A DNA stretch of 64,000 nucleotides from positions 721 through 64,720 of the forward strand of contig JBDTXA010000004.1 in assembly GCA_040006415.1 (NCBI GenBank). Direction: 5' to 3'. This document shows positions 9,071 through 21,400 of the stretch, one piece after another. The notes beneath the pieces were generated by a model that was given only the letters and a program-made list of their open reading frames with translations, was not told where the DNA came from and did no database searches. Position numbers and translations under genes: made by a program. The DNA is from Rhodanobacter sp. (lineage in GTDB: Bacteria > Pseudomonadota > Gammaproteobacteria > Xanthomonadales > Rhodanobacteraceae). Position 1 is the first letter of the stretch. Every line of letters starts with the position of its first letter.

Positions 9071-9193
9071 GGGCAGACAAACAGTGAGATGGTGGGATTG
9101 TAGCGGTACCGCCGCTGTGTCAAACAGGGACTTCACTTGCAAGCAGCGCGAGTAGACCTTATTTCATTCCAGTCTCAAGGAATGCTACAGCGC

Positions 9194-10255
9194 ATGATCA
9201 ACCCGCATAGCCCCGACCTCGATGCACGCGCCCGACGCCTGCTGCGTGCGCTGATTGCCCAGTACCTCGTGGATGGCGAACCGGTGGGTTCTCGCACGCT
9301 GGCTCGTTCGTCAGGACTCAAGGTCAGTCCGGCCACCATTCGCAATATCATGGCCGATCTCGAAGATGCCGGTCTGGTCGTCTCGCCACATACGTCGGCA
9401 GGCAGGGTGCCGACGCCGCGCGGTCTGCGGTTGTTCGTCGACAGTCTGATCGAGCTGCAGCCGCTGCGACATGCAGAGATGGTTCGGATGCAGCAAGAGC
9501 TGCCGCCGGGTCCGACCACAACGCTGGATCTGCTGGGGAATGTCTCGACCTTGCTATCGGCGATGACTCGTTTTGCCGGTGTGGTTACGGTGCCTCGGCA
9601 GGTCGATTTTCCACTACGCCATATCGATTTCGTCGCGCTGCCCGATGCCAAAGTGCTGGTGATCCTTGTATTTACCGATAATCAGGTGCAGAACCGCATC
9701 GTTCAGTTGGCCAAGCCGCTGAAAACCGGTGAACTTGAACAGGCGGCGAATTATCTCAACAGTCACTTCGCCGGTTTGCGCCTGGATGACATACGCATTC
9801 AGTTGCTGGTCGAATTGCAGGAGGCTGGCAGCGAGCTCAACCGGCTTCTGACCAGCACCATGGAGCTGGCCACGGCTTCATTTGCGCCGCAGGCGGGTGG
9901 CGATGATGTACTGGTGAGCGGCCAGACCAACCTGATGGCGTACTCCGAACTGTCCAACCTGGAGCGTCTGCGCGAGTTGTTCGATGCCTTCCAGCAGAAG
10001 AACGAGCTGTTGCAGCTGATGGAGGTTTGTTCGAAGGCACCAGGTGTGCGCCTTTTTATCGGTGAGGAATCGGGATTCACGGCGCTTGATGGCTGCAGCG
10101 TGGTGACCGCCAGTTATGGTGCACAGGGACGGGTGCTGGGCGCCGTGGGGGTGATCGGTCCCACCCGTATGGCTTACGAAAGAGTGATCCCGGTGGTACA
10201 GGCTACCGCCGGATTGCTCAGTGACGCCTTGAATCGCGCCGCGACGACCCTATAA
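9194..10255 (+). CDS. hrcA: Heat-inducible transcription repressor HrcA
   Basis: PVGSRTL, SPATIRN.MADLE, PHTSAGRVPT, GVIGPTRM.Y. Confidence 0.97.
   Translation: MINPHSPDLDARARRLLRALIAQYLVDGEPVGSRTLARSSGLKVSPATIRNIMADLEDAGLVVSPHTSAGRVPTPRGLRLFVDSLIELQPLRHAEMVRMQQELPPGPTTTLDLLGNVSTLLSAMTRFAGVVTVPRQVDFPLRHIDFVALPDAKVLVILVFTDNQVQNRIVQLAKPLKTGELEQAANYLNSHFAGLRLDDIRIQLLVELQEAGSELNRLLTSTMELATASFAPQAGGDDVLVSGQTNLMAYSELSNLERLRELFDAFQQKNELLQLMEVCSKAPGVRLFIGEESGFTALDGCSVVTASYGAQGRVLGAVGVIGPTRMAYERVIPVVQATAGLLSDALNRAATTL
10228..10253 (+). promoter_or_regulatory. Sigma-32-type promoter for grpE, inside the hrcA 3' end
   Basis: CTTGAA-N14-CCCTAT versus consensus CTTGAA-N13/14-CCCCAT. Confidence 0.7.
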
Positions 10256-10331
10256 CCGCAGCGGGAAGCAGGATTTTCAATTTTCTGGAGGGTCAGCCTT
10301 GCGCTGATCTCCACCACGCTTGGAGTGATGC

Positions 10332-10865
10332 ATGCAGAACAACGATCCGCAGTCGCCGGGTGAAATGCCGGAACCTCAACAGCCGGATGACTCTTCCATC
10401 TCCCAACTGGACGCATTGCAAGCGCGCGTGACCGAACTGGAGGCCAGCAATATCGAGTTGCGCGAGAAGGTTTTGCGCGAACATGCGGAGCTTGAGAATC
10501 AGCGCCGCCGGTTGCACCGTGATCTCGAGCAGGCTCGCCGCTTCGCCAATGAAAAGCTGTTGAACGAGTTGCTGCCTGTCTACGATGGTCTGGAAAACGG
10601 TTTGGCCGTCGAGGGAGGAGACCTGGCTTCCATGCGAGAAGGCATCAACCTCACACTGAAGTCGTTGCTGAAAGTTGCCGAGAATCACGGCATGGCGCAG
10701 ATCAACCCGATTGGCGAGCCGCTCGATCCGGAACGCCACCACGCGGTGAGCATGGTCGATGCGCCGGATAAGGCGTCAGGCACGGTCGTCAGAGTGCTGC
10801 AGAAGGGCTATGTGCTGAACGATCGCCTGCTTCGGCCAGCACTTGTCGCTGTTGCCAAGGACTGA
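10332..10865 (+). CDS. grpE: Nucleotide exchange factor GrpE
   Basis: AELENQRRR, LLPVYD, DPERHHA, QKGYVLNDRLLRPA.V.V. Confidence 0.97.
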   Translation: MQNNDPQSPGEMPEPQQPDDSSISQLDALQARVTELEASNIELREKVLREHAELENQRRRLHRDLEQARRFANEKLLNELLPVYDGLENGLAVEGGDLASMREGINLTLKSLLKVAENHGMAQINPIGEPLDPERHHAVSMVDAPDKASGTVVRVLQKGYVLNDRLLRPALVAVAKD

Positions 10866-10938
10866 CGGATTACAGCCAAAGCTGCCTGAATGGCGCTTTG
10901 ACGGACACCGGTAAATCGCATTCCGGGGCGGTGCCAGC

Positions 10939-10966
10939 ATTGAATCGCTGACACCGACCCCCATCT
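10939..10966 (+). promoter_or_regulatory. Sigma-32-type promoter for dnaK
   Basis: ATTGAA-N14-CCCCATCT about 50 nt before the dnaK ATG. Confidence 0.8.
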
Positions 10967-11014
10967 GAAAACCATCGCGGCCGTGGGGGCCGCACAAAAA
11001 CATCGGAGCACTAC

Positions 11015-12931
11015 ATGGGCAAGATCATCGGTATCGACCTGGGCACGACCAATTCCTGCGTGTCCATCATGGACGGAAGCTCGGCCAAGGTCATTGAAAA
11101 CTCGGAAGGTGACCGCACCACACCATCCATCGTCGCCTTCAACAAGGACGGCGAAGTTCTTGTCGGCGCCTCGGCCAAACGCCAGAGCGTCACCAATCCG
11201 AAAAACACCTTTTACGCGGTGAAGCGCCTGATCGGCCGCAAGTTCACTGACGCCGAAGTTCAGAAAGACATCAACATCGTGCCGTACGCCATCGTGGCGC
11301 ATGAGAACGGCGACGCCTGGGTCCAGACGTCCGACGGCAAGAAGATGGCGCCGCAGGAGATTGCTGCCAAGGTGCTGATGAAGATGAAGAAGACCGCCGA
11401 GGATTATCTCGGTGAGACGATCACCGAGGCCGTGATCACGGTGCCGGCGTACTTCAACGACAGCCAGCGTCAGGCGACCAAGGACGCGGGCAAGATTGCC
11501 GGTCTCGACGTCAAGCGAATCATCAATGAGCCGACAGCGGCCGCGCTGGCCTACGGCATGGACAAAAACGGCGGCGACCGCAAGATCGCCGTGTACGACC
11601 TGGGTGGTGGCACGTTCGATGTGTCGATCATCGAGATCGCCGAAGTCGACGGCGAGAAGCAATTCGAAGTGCTGGCCACCAACGGTGACACCTTCCTCGG
11701 TGGTGAGGATTTCGACATGCGCGTCATCGATTACCTGGTTGATGAATTCAACAAGGAGCAGGGCGTGGACCTGCGCAAGGATCCGCTGGCGCTTCAGCGC
11801 CTCAAGGATGCTGCCGAGCGCGCCAAGATCGAGCTGTCCTCCAACCATCAGACCGATGTCAACCTGCCGTACGTCACTGCCGATGCGAGCGGGCCGAAGC
11901 ATCTCAATATCAAGTTGACGCGCGCCAAGCTCGAGGCACTGGTGGAAGAGCTGGTCAAGCGCACCATCGAGCCGTGCCGTACGGCGTTGAATGACGCTGG
12001 TCTGCGCGTGTCCGATATCGACGACGTGATCCTGGTCGGTGGTCAGACCCGCATGCCCAAGGTGCAGCAGTCGGTAAAGGACTTCTTTGGCAAGGAGCCG
12101 CGCAAGGACGTCAACCCCGACGAGGCCGTGGCCGTGGGCGCCGCGATCCAGGGTGGCGTGCTGGGCGGTTCGGTCAAGGATGTGCTGCTGCTGGACGTGA
12201 CGCCGCTGTCGCTCGGTATCGAGACGATGGGCGGTGTGATGACCAAGCTGATCGAGAAGAACACCACGGTGCCGACCAAGGCGGCGCAGACGTTCTCCAC
12301 CGCAGACGACAACCAGACCGCCGTGACCGTGCATGTGCTGCAGGGTGAGCGCGAGCGCGCCAGTGCCAACAAGTCGCTGGGCAAATTCGACCTGCAGGGT
12401 ATCGACGCGGCACCACGCGGCCAGCCTCAGGTAGAGGTCACCTTCGACATCGATGCCAACGGCATCCTGCATGTCTCAGCCAAGGACAAGAAGACCGGCA
12501 AGGAGCAGAAGATCGAGATCAAGGCCGGTTCGGGCCTGTCCGAGGAAGAGATCCAGCGGATGGTCTCTGATGCCGAGGCGAACAAGGAAGAGGACAAGAA
12601 GTTCCATGAGCTGGTGGCTACCCGTAACAAGGCTGACCAGTTGGTGCATTCCACCCGCACCGCCTTGAAAGAACACGGCGGCAAGATTCCGTCCGAGCAA
12701 CTCAGCAGCATCGAGGGTGCGCTCGCCGACCTGGAGAAGGTAAAGGACGGGGAAGACAAGGCGGCGATCGATTCGAAGGTTGCACAACTCGAGCAGCTGG
12801 CACAGGCGCTGAACGCGGCCGCGCAGAGCGGTGGCGCAGCGGATGATGGCGCGCAGGCGGCTCCGGGTGGCTCGGCCCAGCCGGACGATGTGGTTGATGC
12901 CGAATTCACCGAAGTCAAAGACGACAAATAA
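11015..12931 (+). CDS. dnaK: Chaperone DnaK
   Basis: [25 protein letters not shown]; C-terminal DAEFTEVK. Confidence 0.99.
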   Translation: MGKIIGIDLGTTNSCVSIMDGSSAKVIENSEGDRTTPSIVAFNKDGEVLVGASAKRQSVTNPKNTFYAVKRLIGRKFTDAEVQKDINIVPYAIVAHENGDAWVQTSDGKKMAPQEIAAKVLMKMKKTAEDYLGETITEAVITVPAYFNDSQRQATKDAGKIAGLDVKRIINEPTAAALAYGMDKNGGDRKIAVYDLGGGTFDVSIIEIAEVDGEKQFEVLATNGDTFLGGEDFDMRVIDYLVDEFNKEQGVDLRKDPLALQRLKDAAERAKIELSSNHQTDVNLPYVTADASGPKHLNIKLTRAKLEALVEELVKRTIEPCRTALNDAGLRVSDIDDVILVGGQTRMPKVQQSVKDFFGKEPRKDVNPDEAVAVGAAIQGGVLGGSVKDVLLLDVTPLSLGIETMGGVMTKLIEKNTTVPTKAAQTFSTADDNQTAVTVHVLQGERERASANKSLGKFDLQGIDAAPRGQPQVEVTFDIDANGILHVSAKDKKTGKEQKIEIKAGSGLSEEEIQRMVSDAEANKEEDKKFHELVATRNKADQLVHSTRTALKEHGGKIPSEQLSSIEGALADLEKVKDGEDKAAIDSKVAQLEQLAQALNAAAQSGGAADDGAQAAPGGSAQPDDVVDAEFTEVKDDK

Positions 12932-12964
12932 TAATCGTCGTCGATATCGGCACGCCGATCGATC

Positions 12965-13004
12965 AGCCCGCGCCCGGAAATCTCCCGGCGCGGGCTATTT
13001 GTTT
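12965..13004 (+). terminator. Hairpin/attenuator between dnaK and dnaJ
   Basis: AGCCCGCGCC...GGCGCGGGCT followed by ATTTGTTT. Confidence 0.65.
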
Positions 13005-13064
13005 AATGAAAGGCTGGCCCCGAAGGGTGCCCGCCTGTATATGACAAGCCGTATGGATGCATGA

Positions 13065-14192
13065 ATGAGCAAGCGTGATTATTACGAAGTGCTGGGCGTC
13101 GAGCGCAGCGTCACCGAGGCCGCGCTGAAGAAGTCGTTCCGCCGACTGGCGATGAAATTTCATCCCGACCGCTGTCCGGATGATCCGGCCGCGCAGGACA
13201 AGTTCAAGGAGGCCAAGGAGGCCTACGAAGTGCTGTCCGATGGACAGAAGCGAGCCATGTATGACCAACACGGCCATGCCGCGTTCGAGAACGGCATGGG
13301 TGGACGCGGCGGCGCCGGTTTTGGTGACGTCGGCGACGTCTTTGGCGACATCTTCGGGGATATTTTCGGCAGGAGCGGCGGTGGACGCGGGCGTGCTCGG
13401 CGCGGAGCCGATCTGCGCTACATCATCGAACTCGATCTGGAAGAAGCTGTGTTCGGCATCCATCGTCAGATTGAGGTGCCAAGTCAGGTGAACTGCCATC
13501 ATTGCAACGGCAGCGGATCGGAAGACGGCAAGGTCAGCAAGTGTGGTACTTGCCATGGCCATGGCCAGGTCCGCATGCAAAATGGCATTTTTTCGATCCA
13601 GCAGGCGTGTCCGCATTGTGGTGGGACAGGTCAGGCGATCGAGAAGCCGTGCAGAAAGTGCCACGGTGAAGGCCGCATCGAGGAAACCCGCACGTTGTCG
13701 GTGCAGATTCCCGAGGGCGTGGACAACGGTGATCGCATCCGCCTGAGCGGGCAGGGCGAAGCGGGCCCGGCGGGCGCGGCTGCAGGCGACCTTTACGTGG
13801 AAGTGCAGGTACGCGAACACGCCATCTTTCATCGAGAAGGCAGCGACCTGCATTGTGAGTTGCCAATCCGCTTTTCGCAGGCGGCTCTGGGTGCTGAATT
13901 GCCAGTGCCGACGCTGGAAGGCGAGGTGCCGATTTCGATCCCGCAGGAGACTCAGACCGGGACCCAGTTCCGGCTGCGTGGCCGCGGGGTCAAGTCAGTA
14001 CGCAGCAGTCGCCATGGTGACCTGATCTGTCGGGTGGTCGTGGAAACCCCCATACGTCTGACCAAGCAGCAGCGCGAATTGTTCGAATCGCTCGAGGCCA
14101 CCTTTGGCGGAACCGATGCCGAGAAGCACACGCCTCGAGCCAAGGGCTGGGTGGACGGCGTCAAGCAATTCTGGTCGAAAGTCACCGCATGA
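13065..14192 (+). CDS. dnaJ: Chaperone DnaJ
   Basis: J-domain HPD, G/F region, four CxxCxGxG repeats. Confidence 0.99.
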   Translation: MSKRDYYEVLGVERSVTEAALKKSFRRLAMKFHPDRCPDDPAAQDKFKEAKEAYEVLSDGQKRAMYDQHGHAAFENGMGGRGGAGFGDVGDVFGDIFGDIFGRSGGGRGRARRGADLRYIIELDLEEAVFGIHRQIEVPSQVNCHHCNGSGSEDGKVSKCGTCHGHGQVRMQNGIFSIQQACPHCGGTGQAIEKPCRKCHGEGRIEETRTLSVQIPEGVDNGDRIRLSGQGEAGPAGAAAGDLYVEVQVREHAIFHREGSDLHCELPIRFSQAALGAELPVPTLEGEVPISIPQETQTGTQFRLRGRGVKSVRSSRHGDLICRVVVETPIRLTKQQRELFESLEATFGGTDAEKHTPRAKGWVDGVKQFWSKVTA

Positions 14193-14233
14193 CCGCTACG
14201 CGTACTTAAGTCTGAGTTGTCCTGTTCACCTGC

Positions 14234-15046
14234 ATGGAATCGCTGATGACCCAACCAGTTCGCCTCGCCATCAATGGTGCGTCCGGCCGCATGGGCACGG
14301 GTTTGCTGCAATTGCTGGAGCGCGACGAACGCTTCGTCCTGGTTCATGCGGTGGTGGCACCTGGCTCGCCGCAGGAGGGCTTGCCCGTATTCCCCGGCAC
14401 TTCAGAGGCGTTGAAGTACGCCAGCGATTGGCATCTGGCGCCGGCACTGGATGTCGTCATTGATTTCAGCGGCCCGGCGGCATTGGGTGCGGCGCTCGAG
14501 CATTGCCTTGCCCAGCATGTGGCGATGGTCAGCGGAACGACCGGTGTCGATGTTGAGCTGACCGGGCGGCTGGATGCGGCCGGTGAGCGCATTGCCTTGC
14601 TGCGCGCCGGAAATTTCAGTCTGGGTGCCGCGGTGTTGACGCGGTTGTTGCGCCAGGCCGCTGTCGCACTGGCGGCTTGGGACCTGGAGATTGTCGAAGC
14701 ACATCATGGTGGCAAGCAGGATGCCCCCTCGGGCACTGCGCTGGCTTTGGGCCGCGCCGCCGCAGAGGCTCGTCAGACGACGCTGGAGGCTGCGGCCGTC
14801 TACAGTCGTGAAGGACAGACGGGGCCGCGAGCCGAGGGAAGTATCGGCTTTGCCGTCATTCGTGGGGGCGATATCGTCGGCGAGCACACCGCGATGTTGA
14901 TCGGCCAAGGTGAGCGGCTGGAGTTGAGCCATCGCGCCACTGATCGGCGGATTTTCGCACGAGGCGCTTTGCAGGCTGCGTACTGGCTTGCTGGACGTTC
15001 GCCCGGTCAATGGCAGCTTGAAGACGTGATCGCGGTGGCGTTATAG
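14234..15046 (+). CDS. dapB: 4-hydroxy-tetrahydrodipicolinate reductase
   Basis: GASGRMG, IDFS, GTTG, EAHH..KQDAPSGTA, RGGDIVGEH. Confidence 0.96.
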   Translation: MESLMTQPVRLAINGASGRMGTGLLQLLERDERFVLVHAVVAPGSPQEGLPVFPGTSEALKYASDWHLAPALDVVIDFSGPAALGAALEHCLAQHVAMVSGTTGVDVELTGRLDAAGERIALLRAGNFSLGAAVLTRLLRQAAVALAAWDLEIVEAHHGGKQDAPSGTALALGRAAAEARQTTLEAAAVYSREGQTGPRAEGSIGFAVIRGGDIVGEHTAMLIGQGERLELSHRATDRRIFARGALQAAYWLAGRSPGQWQLEDVIAVAL

Positions 15047-15132
15047 GGAGTTGATTCTGCGAGGGTTGCTTCCGCCCGAACGGGCTGACATCAAGCTTGT
15101 GTGTATCTGTTCCTGCGGCTACGCTTCCCTAC

Positions 15133-15272
15133 TTGTCATTGGGGAGTAGCCAGCCTCGTACCCAGAGGCGTTCGTATCAACAAACTTGGTAGCCGTTGTT
15201 TTCGGCGCCATGGTGCGAACAGCAGACGTCACCGCAGAGGTGGCAACCTGCCCGGCGAGACCTTTGGCCATC
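15133..15272 (+). promoter_or_regulatory. yybP-ykoY (Mn2+-sensing) riboswitch
   Basis: Hallmarks GGGGAGTAGC (15141-15150), TATCAACA loop and GGCGAGACC (15254-15262), upstream of a cation transporter. Confidence 0.88.
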
Positions 15273-15351
15273 GACATGCTCACCTTGACCGGGCGGGCGG
15301 TGCCGATGTGCCATTGGTTCATCATCCGCTCGCCCGGCCAGTGAAGTTCCC

Positions 15352-16359
15352 ATGTTCATAACGCTTTGCCTCTTTGCAGGCTCCGCCGGTGCGATCTATT
15401 TCGCCTGCGAGTACTTCGTCAACGGTGTCGAATGGTTCGGTCAGAAGCTCAAGCTCGGAGCGACAGCGACCGGCACGGTGCTGGCTGCCTTCGGTACGGC
15501 ACTGCCGGAAAGCGCGGTAACGTTTGTTGCGGTGATGTTCGGAAAGACCGCCGAGGCACGCGACATCGGTGTGGGCGCAGCGATGGGCGGACCCTTGGTG
15601 CTGGCGACGATTGCCTATTCGGTGGTTGGCGTTGCGCTGTGGTGCAATCGCCATCGCTTGCGACGTAAGGACAGGTTCATCCGGGTCGACCACCGGCGAC
15701 TGGCACGCGATCAGCTGTGGTTTCTGGCAATTTTCGTGGTCAAGGTCGGTCTCGGGCTGGTGGTGTTCGCATTCAAGCCCTTGCTCGGCATCGCGTTCCT
15801 GATCGCCTACGGGCTGTATGTCTGGCGTGAGATACGCAGCGACGACGCGGCGCCGGCGGAGGAAATTCTGGAGCCGCTGAAGCTCCGACCGCGCGAGGGG
15901 GAACCAGGCATGCGCTGGGTGGTGGTCCAGACAACCGCGGCGCTGCTGGTGATTGCTGCTGCGTCGCGTGTCTTCGTCAGCCAGCTCGAAGTTATCGGGG
16001 TGATGCTATCGCTGCCGCCTCACTTGGTGGCGCTGGTGCTAAGCCCGGTGGCGACCGAGTTGCCGGAGACGGTCAATGCGCTGATCTGGGTCCGCCAAGG
16101 CAAAGAGCGGCTCGCCTTGGCCAATATCTCCGGGTCAATGATGATCCAGGCCACCATCCCCAGTTCAATGGCGATCTTCGCCACGCCATGGCTGTTCGAC
16201 ACGCCGCTGATCGTGGCAGGCGTGCTGACGGCGTTGGCGATCATCTACCTGTGGTGGTTGTTCCGACGCGGCCGGGTCGATGCCCGCTGGCTGCTGCCTG
16301 TTGCCCTTCTATACGGCGTTTTCTCGGCTTTCTCTGCGTGGCACCTTGCTGGGCAATGA
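15352..16359 (+). CDS. Sodium:calcium antiporter (CaCA family), possibly Mn2+ efflux
   Basis: Alpha-repeats GTALPES and ATELPET; about 10 TM segments. Confidence 0.9.
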   Translation: MFITLCLFAGSAGAIYFACEYFVNGVEWFGQKLKLGATATGTVLAAFGTALPESAVTFVAVMFGKTAEARDIGVGAAMGGPLVLATIAYSVVGVALWCNRHRLRRKDRFIRVDHRRLARDQLWFLAIFVVKVGLGLVVFAFKPLLGIAFLIAYGLYVWREIRSDDAAPAEEILEPLKLRPREGEPGMRWVVVQTTAALLVIAAASRVFVSQLEVIGVMLSLPPHLVALVLSPVATELPETVNALIWVRQGKERLALANISGSMMIQATIPSSMAIFATPWLFDTPLIVAGVLTALAIIYLWWLFRRGRVDARWLLPVALLYGVFSAFSAWHLAGQ

Positions 16360-16373
16360 AGCTTTCACACGCC

Positions 16374-17069
16374 TCAATCCGGATGAGAGGCGCTGCGATC
16401 GCGACCCGCCCCGAGTTTTGTATCCAGACGGCCAAACAATCGCTTGAAGGCGCGCGAGAACTTGCCCCGCTTGGTCTTGCGCAGCTTTTCTTCCTCACTG
16501 GTCAGCCAGGCAACCTGGATGACCTTGCGCTCGCCCTCGTAAGGCAGATGGCCGTGGAAGGAGTTCTCGCAGCGCTTGAATACGGCGATTTCCCCATACA
16601 GCGGGGTCAGTTCCGGCGCCACCATGTTGTCGATGTCGTCGATGCTGTGGAGAAATCTCAGGCACCCGTCGCTGGTATCGGGCCACTGGGCGTTGAGATA
16701 GATCAGTGCGGTCGCAATCTTGGATTTGCTGTCGGTGTGAATGGTCCCGTGCCGCTTGTTCAACAGACGGCACAAGGTCACCAGCGTGGGGTAACGACCG
16801 AGGTTCGCGATACCAAGCCGGTCGCCCACGGCACTGGCGAATCCCGGTGAGGTCAGGTCGTTGATCAACATGTTGATGGTCGGGCCACAATCGCCAGGAT
16901 CATAGGGAAAAAATCCAGCGCTGGCGTAGGGTGGAAAATCCCGATCGAGATCACCGCGAGCATCATCCGGCAATTGGCCGTGGGCCACCATGAACGGGAA
17001 GGGCGTTTGAAGCACCGTGGTATCCGGGCGATCGAGTCTGGCGGGATCGAGCAGTACGGCGGCACTCAT
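16374..17069 (-). CDS. 2OG-Fe(II) oxygenase family protein
   Basis: HTD...ALIYLN..W...G.L and FHGH...R pattern (HxD..H..R). Confidence 0.8.
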   Translation of the reverse strand: MSAAVLLDPARLDRPDTTVLQTPFPFMVAHGQLPDDARGDLDRDFPPYASAGFFPYDPGDCGPTINMLINDLTSPGFASAVGDRLGIANLGRYPTLVTLCRLLNKRHGTIHTDSKSKIATALIYLNAQWPDTSDGCLRFLHSIDDIDNMVAPELTPLYGEIAVFKRCENSFHGHLPYEGERKVIQVAWLTSEEEKLRKTKRGKFSRAFKRLFGRLDTKLGAGRDRSASHPD

Positions 17070-17282
17070 GGGGCGGTCAACTCCGGTAAAAAGTGGCCTA
17101 GTGTAACGCCGCTACCACGGCGGCGAACGATTCCCCCGCGCACGGTTCAGGCTATATGTGGTGGACAGAAAGCGCGCTGCCGCCTATCATTTCTACCCGC
17201 CAAGACCCTTTCCCTACCAAGTTCCACAAGCCAGCACCAACGTGGCTTGCGGACTTTGCTGCATCTAAAAGGCGGTTATCGT

Positions 17283-18428
17283 ATGTCTGTCCCCGCTCTG
17301 CTTGCCCTCGAAGACGGCAGCGTTTTTCACGGATACGCTGCTGGCGCGACGGGCGAGACCGTTGGCGAAGTTGTCTTTAATACCGCGATGACGGGATATC
17401 AGGAGATCCTCACTGATCCGTCTTACGCGCGCCAGCTGATTACGCTGACCTATCCACACATTGGCAATACCGGTGTCAATGCCGAAGATGTCGAATCTGC
17501 CACCGTCCACGCAGCCGGGCTTATTGTTCGAGATGTGCCGCGCCGCGCCAGCAGCTGGCGAAGTACCGGTAGCCTGCCTGATTATCTCAAGCACCATGGC
17601 ACGGTGGCGATCGCGGGCATCGATACGCGGCGTCTCACCCGCATCCTGCGCGACAAGGGCTCACTGGCGGGCTGTATCGTCGCCGGCGACCAGATCGACG
17701 CCGAAGATGCATTGACCAAGGCGCGGGTCTTCCCCGGCTTGAACGGGATGGACCTGGCCAAGTCGGTAAGTACCACCAAGTCGTATGTGTGGAAAGAGGG
17801 CGTGTACGACCTCGATCGCACCGCTTTCAATCAGCCCGCCACGCGCTTCAAGGTGGTCGCTTACGACTTTGGTACCAAGCTCAATATTTTGAGGCTGCTT
17901 GCCGAGCAGGGCTGCGAAGTTACCGTGGTGCCGGCACAAACGCCGGCCAGTGAGGTGCTGGCGATGCAACCCGATGGCGTATTCCTGTCCAACGGGCCCG
18001 GCGATCCGGCTGCTTGCGATTACGCGATTGCCGCAACCCGGGAGCTGCTGGAAGCCAGGATTCCGCTGTTCGGTATTTGCCTGGGTCACCAGTTGATGGG
18101 GCTCGCGCTGGGCAGCAAGACACTGAAGATGAAATTCGGGCATCACGGCGCCAATCATCCGGTGAAGGATCTCGATGATGGCCGGGTGCTGATCACCTCA
18201 CAGAATCACGGTTATGCGGTCGATCCAGCCACGCTGCCGGGGAACACACGGGTGACCCATACGTCCTTATTCGACGGTTCGCTGCAGGGTTTCGCGCTGA
18301 CCGACCGTCCCGCCTTCTGCTTCCAGGGTCATCCCGAGGCGAGCCCGGGACCACACGACATCGGCTATTTGTTCAACCGTTTCGCCACCCTGATGCAGGA
18401 GGCACGCACGCATGCCCAAGCGCACTGA
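17283..18428 (+). CDS. carA: Carbamoyl-phosphate synthase small subunit
   Basis: GEVVFNT.MTGYQE, SNGPGDP, GICLGHQ, QGHPEA. Start trimmed to MSVPALL. Confidence 0.98.
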   Translation: MSVPALLALEDGSVFHGYAAGATGETVGEVVFNTAMTGYQEILTDPSYARQLITLTYPHIGNTGVNAEDVESATVHAAGLIVRDVPRRASSWRSTGSLPDYLKHHGTVAIAGIDTRRLTRILRDKGSLAGCIVAGDQIDAEDALTKARVFPGLNGMDLAKSVSTTKSYVWKEGVYDLDRTAFNQPATRFKVVAYDFGTKLNILRLLAEQGCEVTVVPAQTPASEVLAMQPDGVFLSNGPGDPAACDYAIAATRELLEARIPLFGICLGHQLMGLALGSKTLKMKFGHHGANHPVKDLDDGRVLITSQNHGYAVDPATLPGNTRVTHTSLFDGSLQGFALTDRPAFCFQGHPEASPGPHDIGYLFNRFATLMQEARTHAQAH

Positions 18429-21400
18429 TATCAAGAGCATCCTCGTCATTGGCGCGGGCCCGATCGTGATCGGTCAGGCGTGCGAGTTCGACTACTCCGG
18501 TGCCCAGGCTTGCAAGGCGCTGAAGGAGGAGGGCTACCGGGTGATCCTGGTGAACTCCAATCCCGCCACGATCATGACCGATCCGGAAACCGCCCATGCG
18601 GTTTATATCGAGCCGATCAACTGGCAGACCGTGGAGCGCATCATCGCCAAGGAGCGGCCTGATGCCGTGCTGCCTACGATGGGTGGGCAGACGGGACTGA
18701 ACTGCGCGCTCGAGCTCGCCGACAACGGCGTGCTGGAGAAGTACAACGTCGAACTGATCGGCGCCAAGCGCGAAGCCATCCGCATGGCCGAAGACCGCGA
18801 ACTGTTTCGTATCGCGATGGCTGAGATCGGCTTGGACTGTCCGAAAGCGGAGATTGCGCGCACGTACGAGCAGGCGTTGGAAACGCAGGCCAAGGTCGGC
18901 TATCCGACGGTGATCCGACCCAGCTTTACGCTGGGTGGCTCCGGTGGCGGCATCGCCTACAACCGCGAGGAATTCGAGGCCATCGTCAAGCATGGTTTGG
19001 AACTTTCGCCGGTCAACGAGGTGCTGGTCGAGGAGTCCGTGCTGGGCTGGAAGGAGTTCGAGATGGAAGTGGTCCGCGATACCGCGGACAACTGCATCAT
19101 CGTCTGTTCAATCGAGAACCTGGATCCGATGGGCGTGCATACCGGTGACTCGATTACCGTAGCGCCGGCGCAGACCCTCACCGACAAGGAATACCAGCGC
19201 CTGCGCGATGCCTCCATCGCCGTGCTGCGAAAGATCGGCGTGGACACCGGCGGCTCCAATGTGCAGTTCGGCATCAACGCCGAGGACGGCCGTGTCGTCG
19301 TGATCGAGATGAATCCCCGGGTGTCTCGTTCGTCTGCATTGGCGTCCAAGGCGACTGGCTTTCCGATCGCCAAGATTGCCGCCAAGCTCGCCGTCGGCTA
19401 CACCCTGGACGAATTGAAGAACGACATTACCGGTGGCCTCACCCCGGCGTCCTTCGAGCCCTCGATCGACTACGTGGTGACCAAGATTCCACGGTTTGCG
19501 TTTGAGAAGTTTCCGACGGCCGACGCTCGCCTGACCACCCAGATGAAATCGGTGGGCGAGGTGATGGCGATCGGTCGCACGTTCCAGGAGTCGCTGCAAA
19601 AGGCCTTGCGCGGTCTGGAAATCGGCAACACCGGTCTCAATCCGACGGGCCTGGACATCACCACCGCCGATGGATTGGCCACGCTCAAGCGGGAACTGCG
19701 CGAACCACGCCCTGATCGCGTCTTCCATCTGGCGGATGCGTTCCGCGCCGGCTTGTCGCTGGAAGAAGTATTCAAATTGAGTCGGGTCGATCCATGGTTT
19801 CTCGCGGCATTCGAGGACATCGTGCTGACCGAGGCAGAGATCGTTGCGCAGGGCATTACGGCCTTGAACGAGCCGCGCATGCGCGAGCTGAAGCGACTCG
19901 GTTTTGCCGATGCGCGCATGGCCGAGCTGCTCAATACGGACGAAGCGTCAGTGCGCCATCTGCGTCACACACTCAATGTGCGCCCGGTTTACAAGCGGGT
20001 GGATTCCTGCGCAGCGGAGTTCGCTACCAGCACCGCGTACATGTATTCAACTTACGAGGAAGAATGCGAGGCTGCGCCGACGGATCGCGACAAGATCATG
20101 GTGCTCGGCGGTGGCCCAAACCGGATCGGTCAGGGTATCGAGTTCGACTATTGCTGCGTGCACGCTTCCCTGGCGCTGCGTGAGGATGGCTATGAAACCA
20201 TCATGGTCAACTGCAACCCGGAAACGGTGTCGACCGATTACGACACGTCCGATCGGTTGTATTTCGAGCCGTTGACGCTGGAGGACGTGCTTGAAATTGT
20301 CCACATCGAGAAACCCAAGGGCGTCATCGTCCAGTACGGCGGACAGACACCGCTGAAGCTGGCGCGAGCGCTTGAAGCCGCCGGCGTACCGATCATCGGC
20401 ACCAGTCCGGACAGCATCGATCTCGCGGAGGATCGTGAACGTTTCCAGCAGATGATCGAGAAGATCGGTCTGAAACAGCCGCCAAACCGCACGGCTCGAA
20501 ATGCCGATGAGGCGCTGGCGCTGGCGCGCGAGATCGGTTATCCGCTGGTGGTGCGGCCGAGCTACGTGCTGGGCGGTCGCGCCATGGAAGTGGTGCATGA
20601 TGACGACGATCTCTCGCGTTATATCCGCGATGCGGTGAAGGTATCGAACGACTCCCCGGTCCTGCTCGACCGTTTCCTCGATCACGCCGTGGAGGTCGAT
20701 GTCGACGTGATCGCCGATGCTGAAGGCAATGTATTTATCGGTGGCATCATGGAACACATCGAGGAGGCCGGCGTCCATTCCGGTGACTCGTCGTGCTCGT
20801 TGCCTTGCTACTCGCTTACTGCGCCCATCCAGGACGAGATGCGGCGTCAGGTAACGGCCATGGCGCGCGAGCTGAAGGTCATCGGCCTGATGAACACCCA
20901 GTTCGCCATTCAGGGCGACACGGTCTATATCCTCGAAGTGAACCCGCGGGCTTCGCGGACTGTTCCGTTTGTCTCGAAAGCGACCGGCGTGCCGCTGGCC
21001 AAGATTGCTGCGCGCGTGATGGCGGGGCGTTCACTTGCCAGTCTGGGTGCGACCAAGGAAGTGATTCCCGCTTATTACTCGGTGAAGGAGTCGATTTTCC
21101 CGTTCCTGAAGTTCCAGAACGTGGACCCGATTCTTGGTCCCGAGATGCGCTCGACCGGTGAAGTGATGGGTGTGGGCCGCAGTTTCGGCGCCGCTTTTGC
21201 CCGCGGCCACGAGGCCGCTGGTATCCGCCAGCCGTCCGTTGGCAAGGTATTTCTGTCGGTCCGTGACGGCGACAAGGATCGGTTGTTGCCGGTAGCCAGG
21301 GAAGTCATCGCGCGAGGATTCAATCTTGTCGCGACCTCAGGTACCGCGAGCTACCTGGCCGAGCATGGCGTGGTCTGCGAGCGAGTGAACAAGGTACTGG

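Noticed and set aside
9162-9188. CIRCE-like inverted repeat CATTC...GAATG before hrcA
   Set aside because: Spacer is 10 rather than 9 nt and the left arm matches TTAGCACTC poorly.
10808-12472. 554-aa antisense ORF over dnaK (similar ones over rpsA, recN, carB and the helicase)
   Set aside because: Shadow ORFs expected from codon bias in GC-rich genes; no independent motifs.
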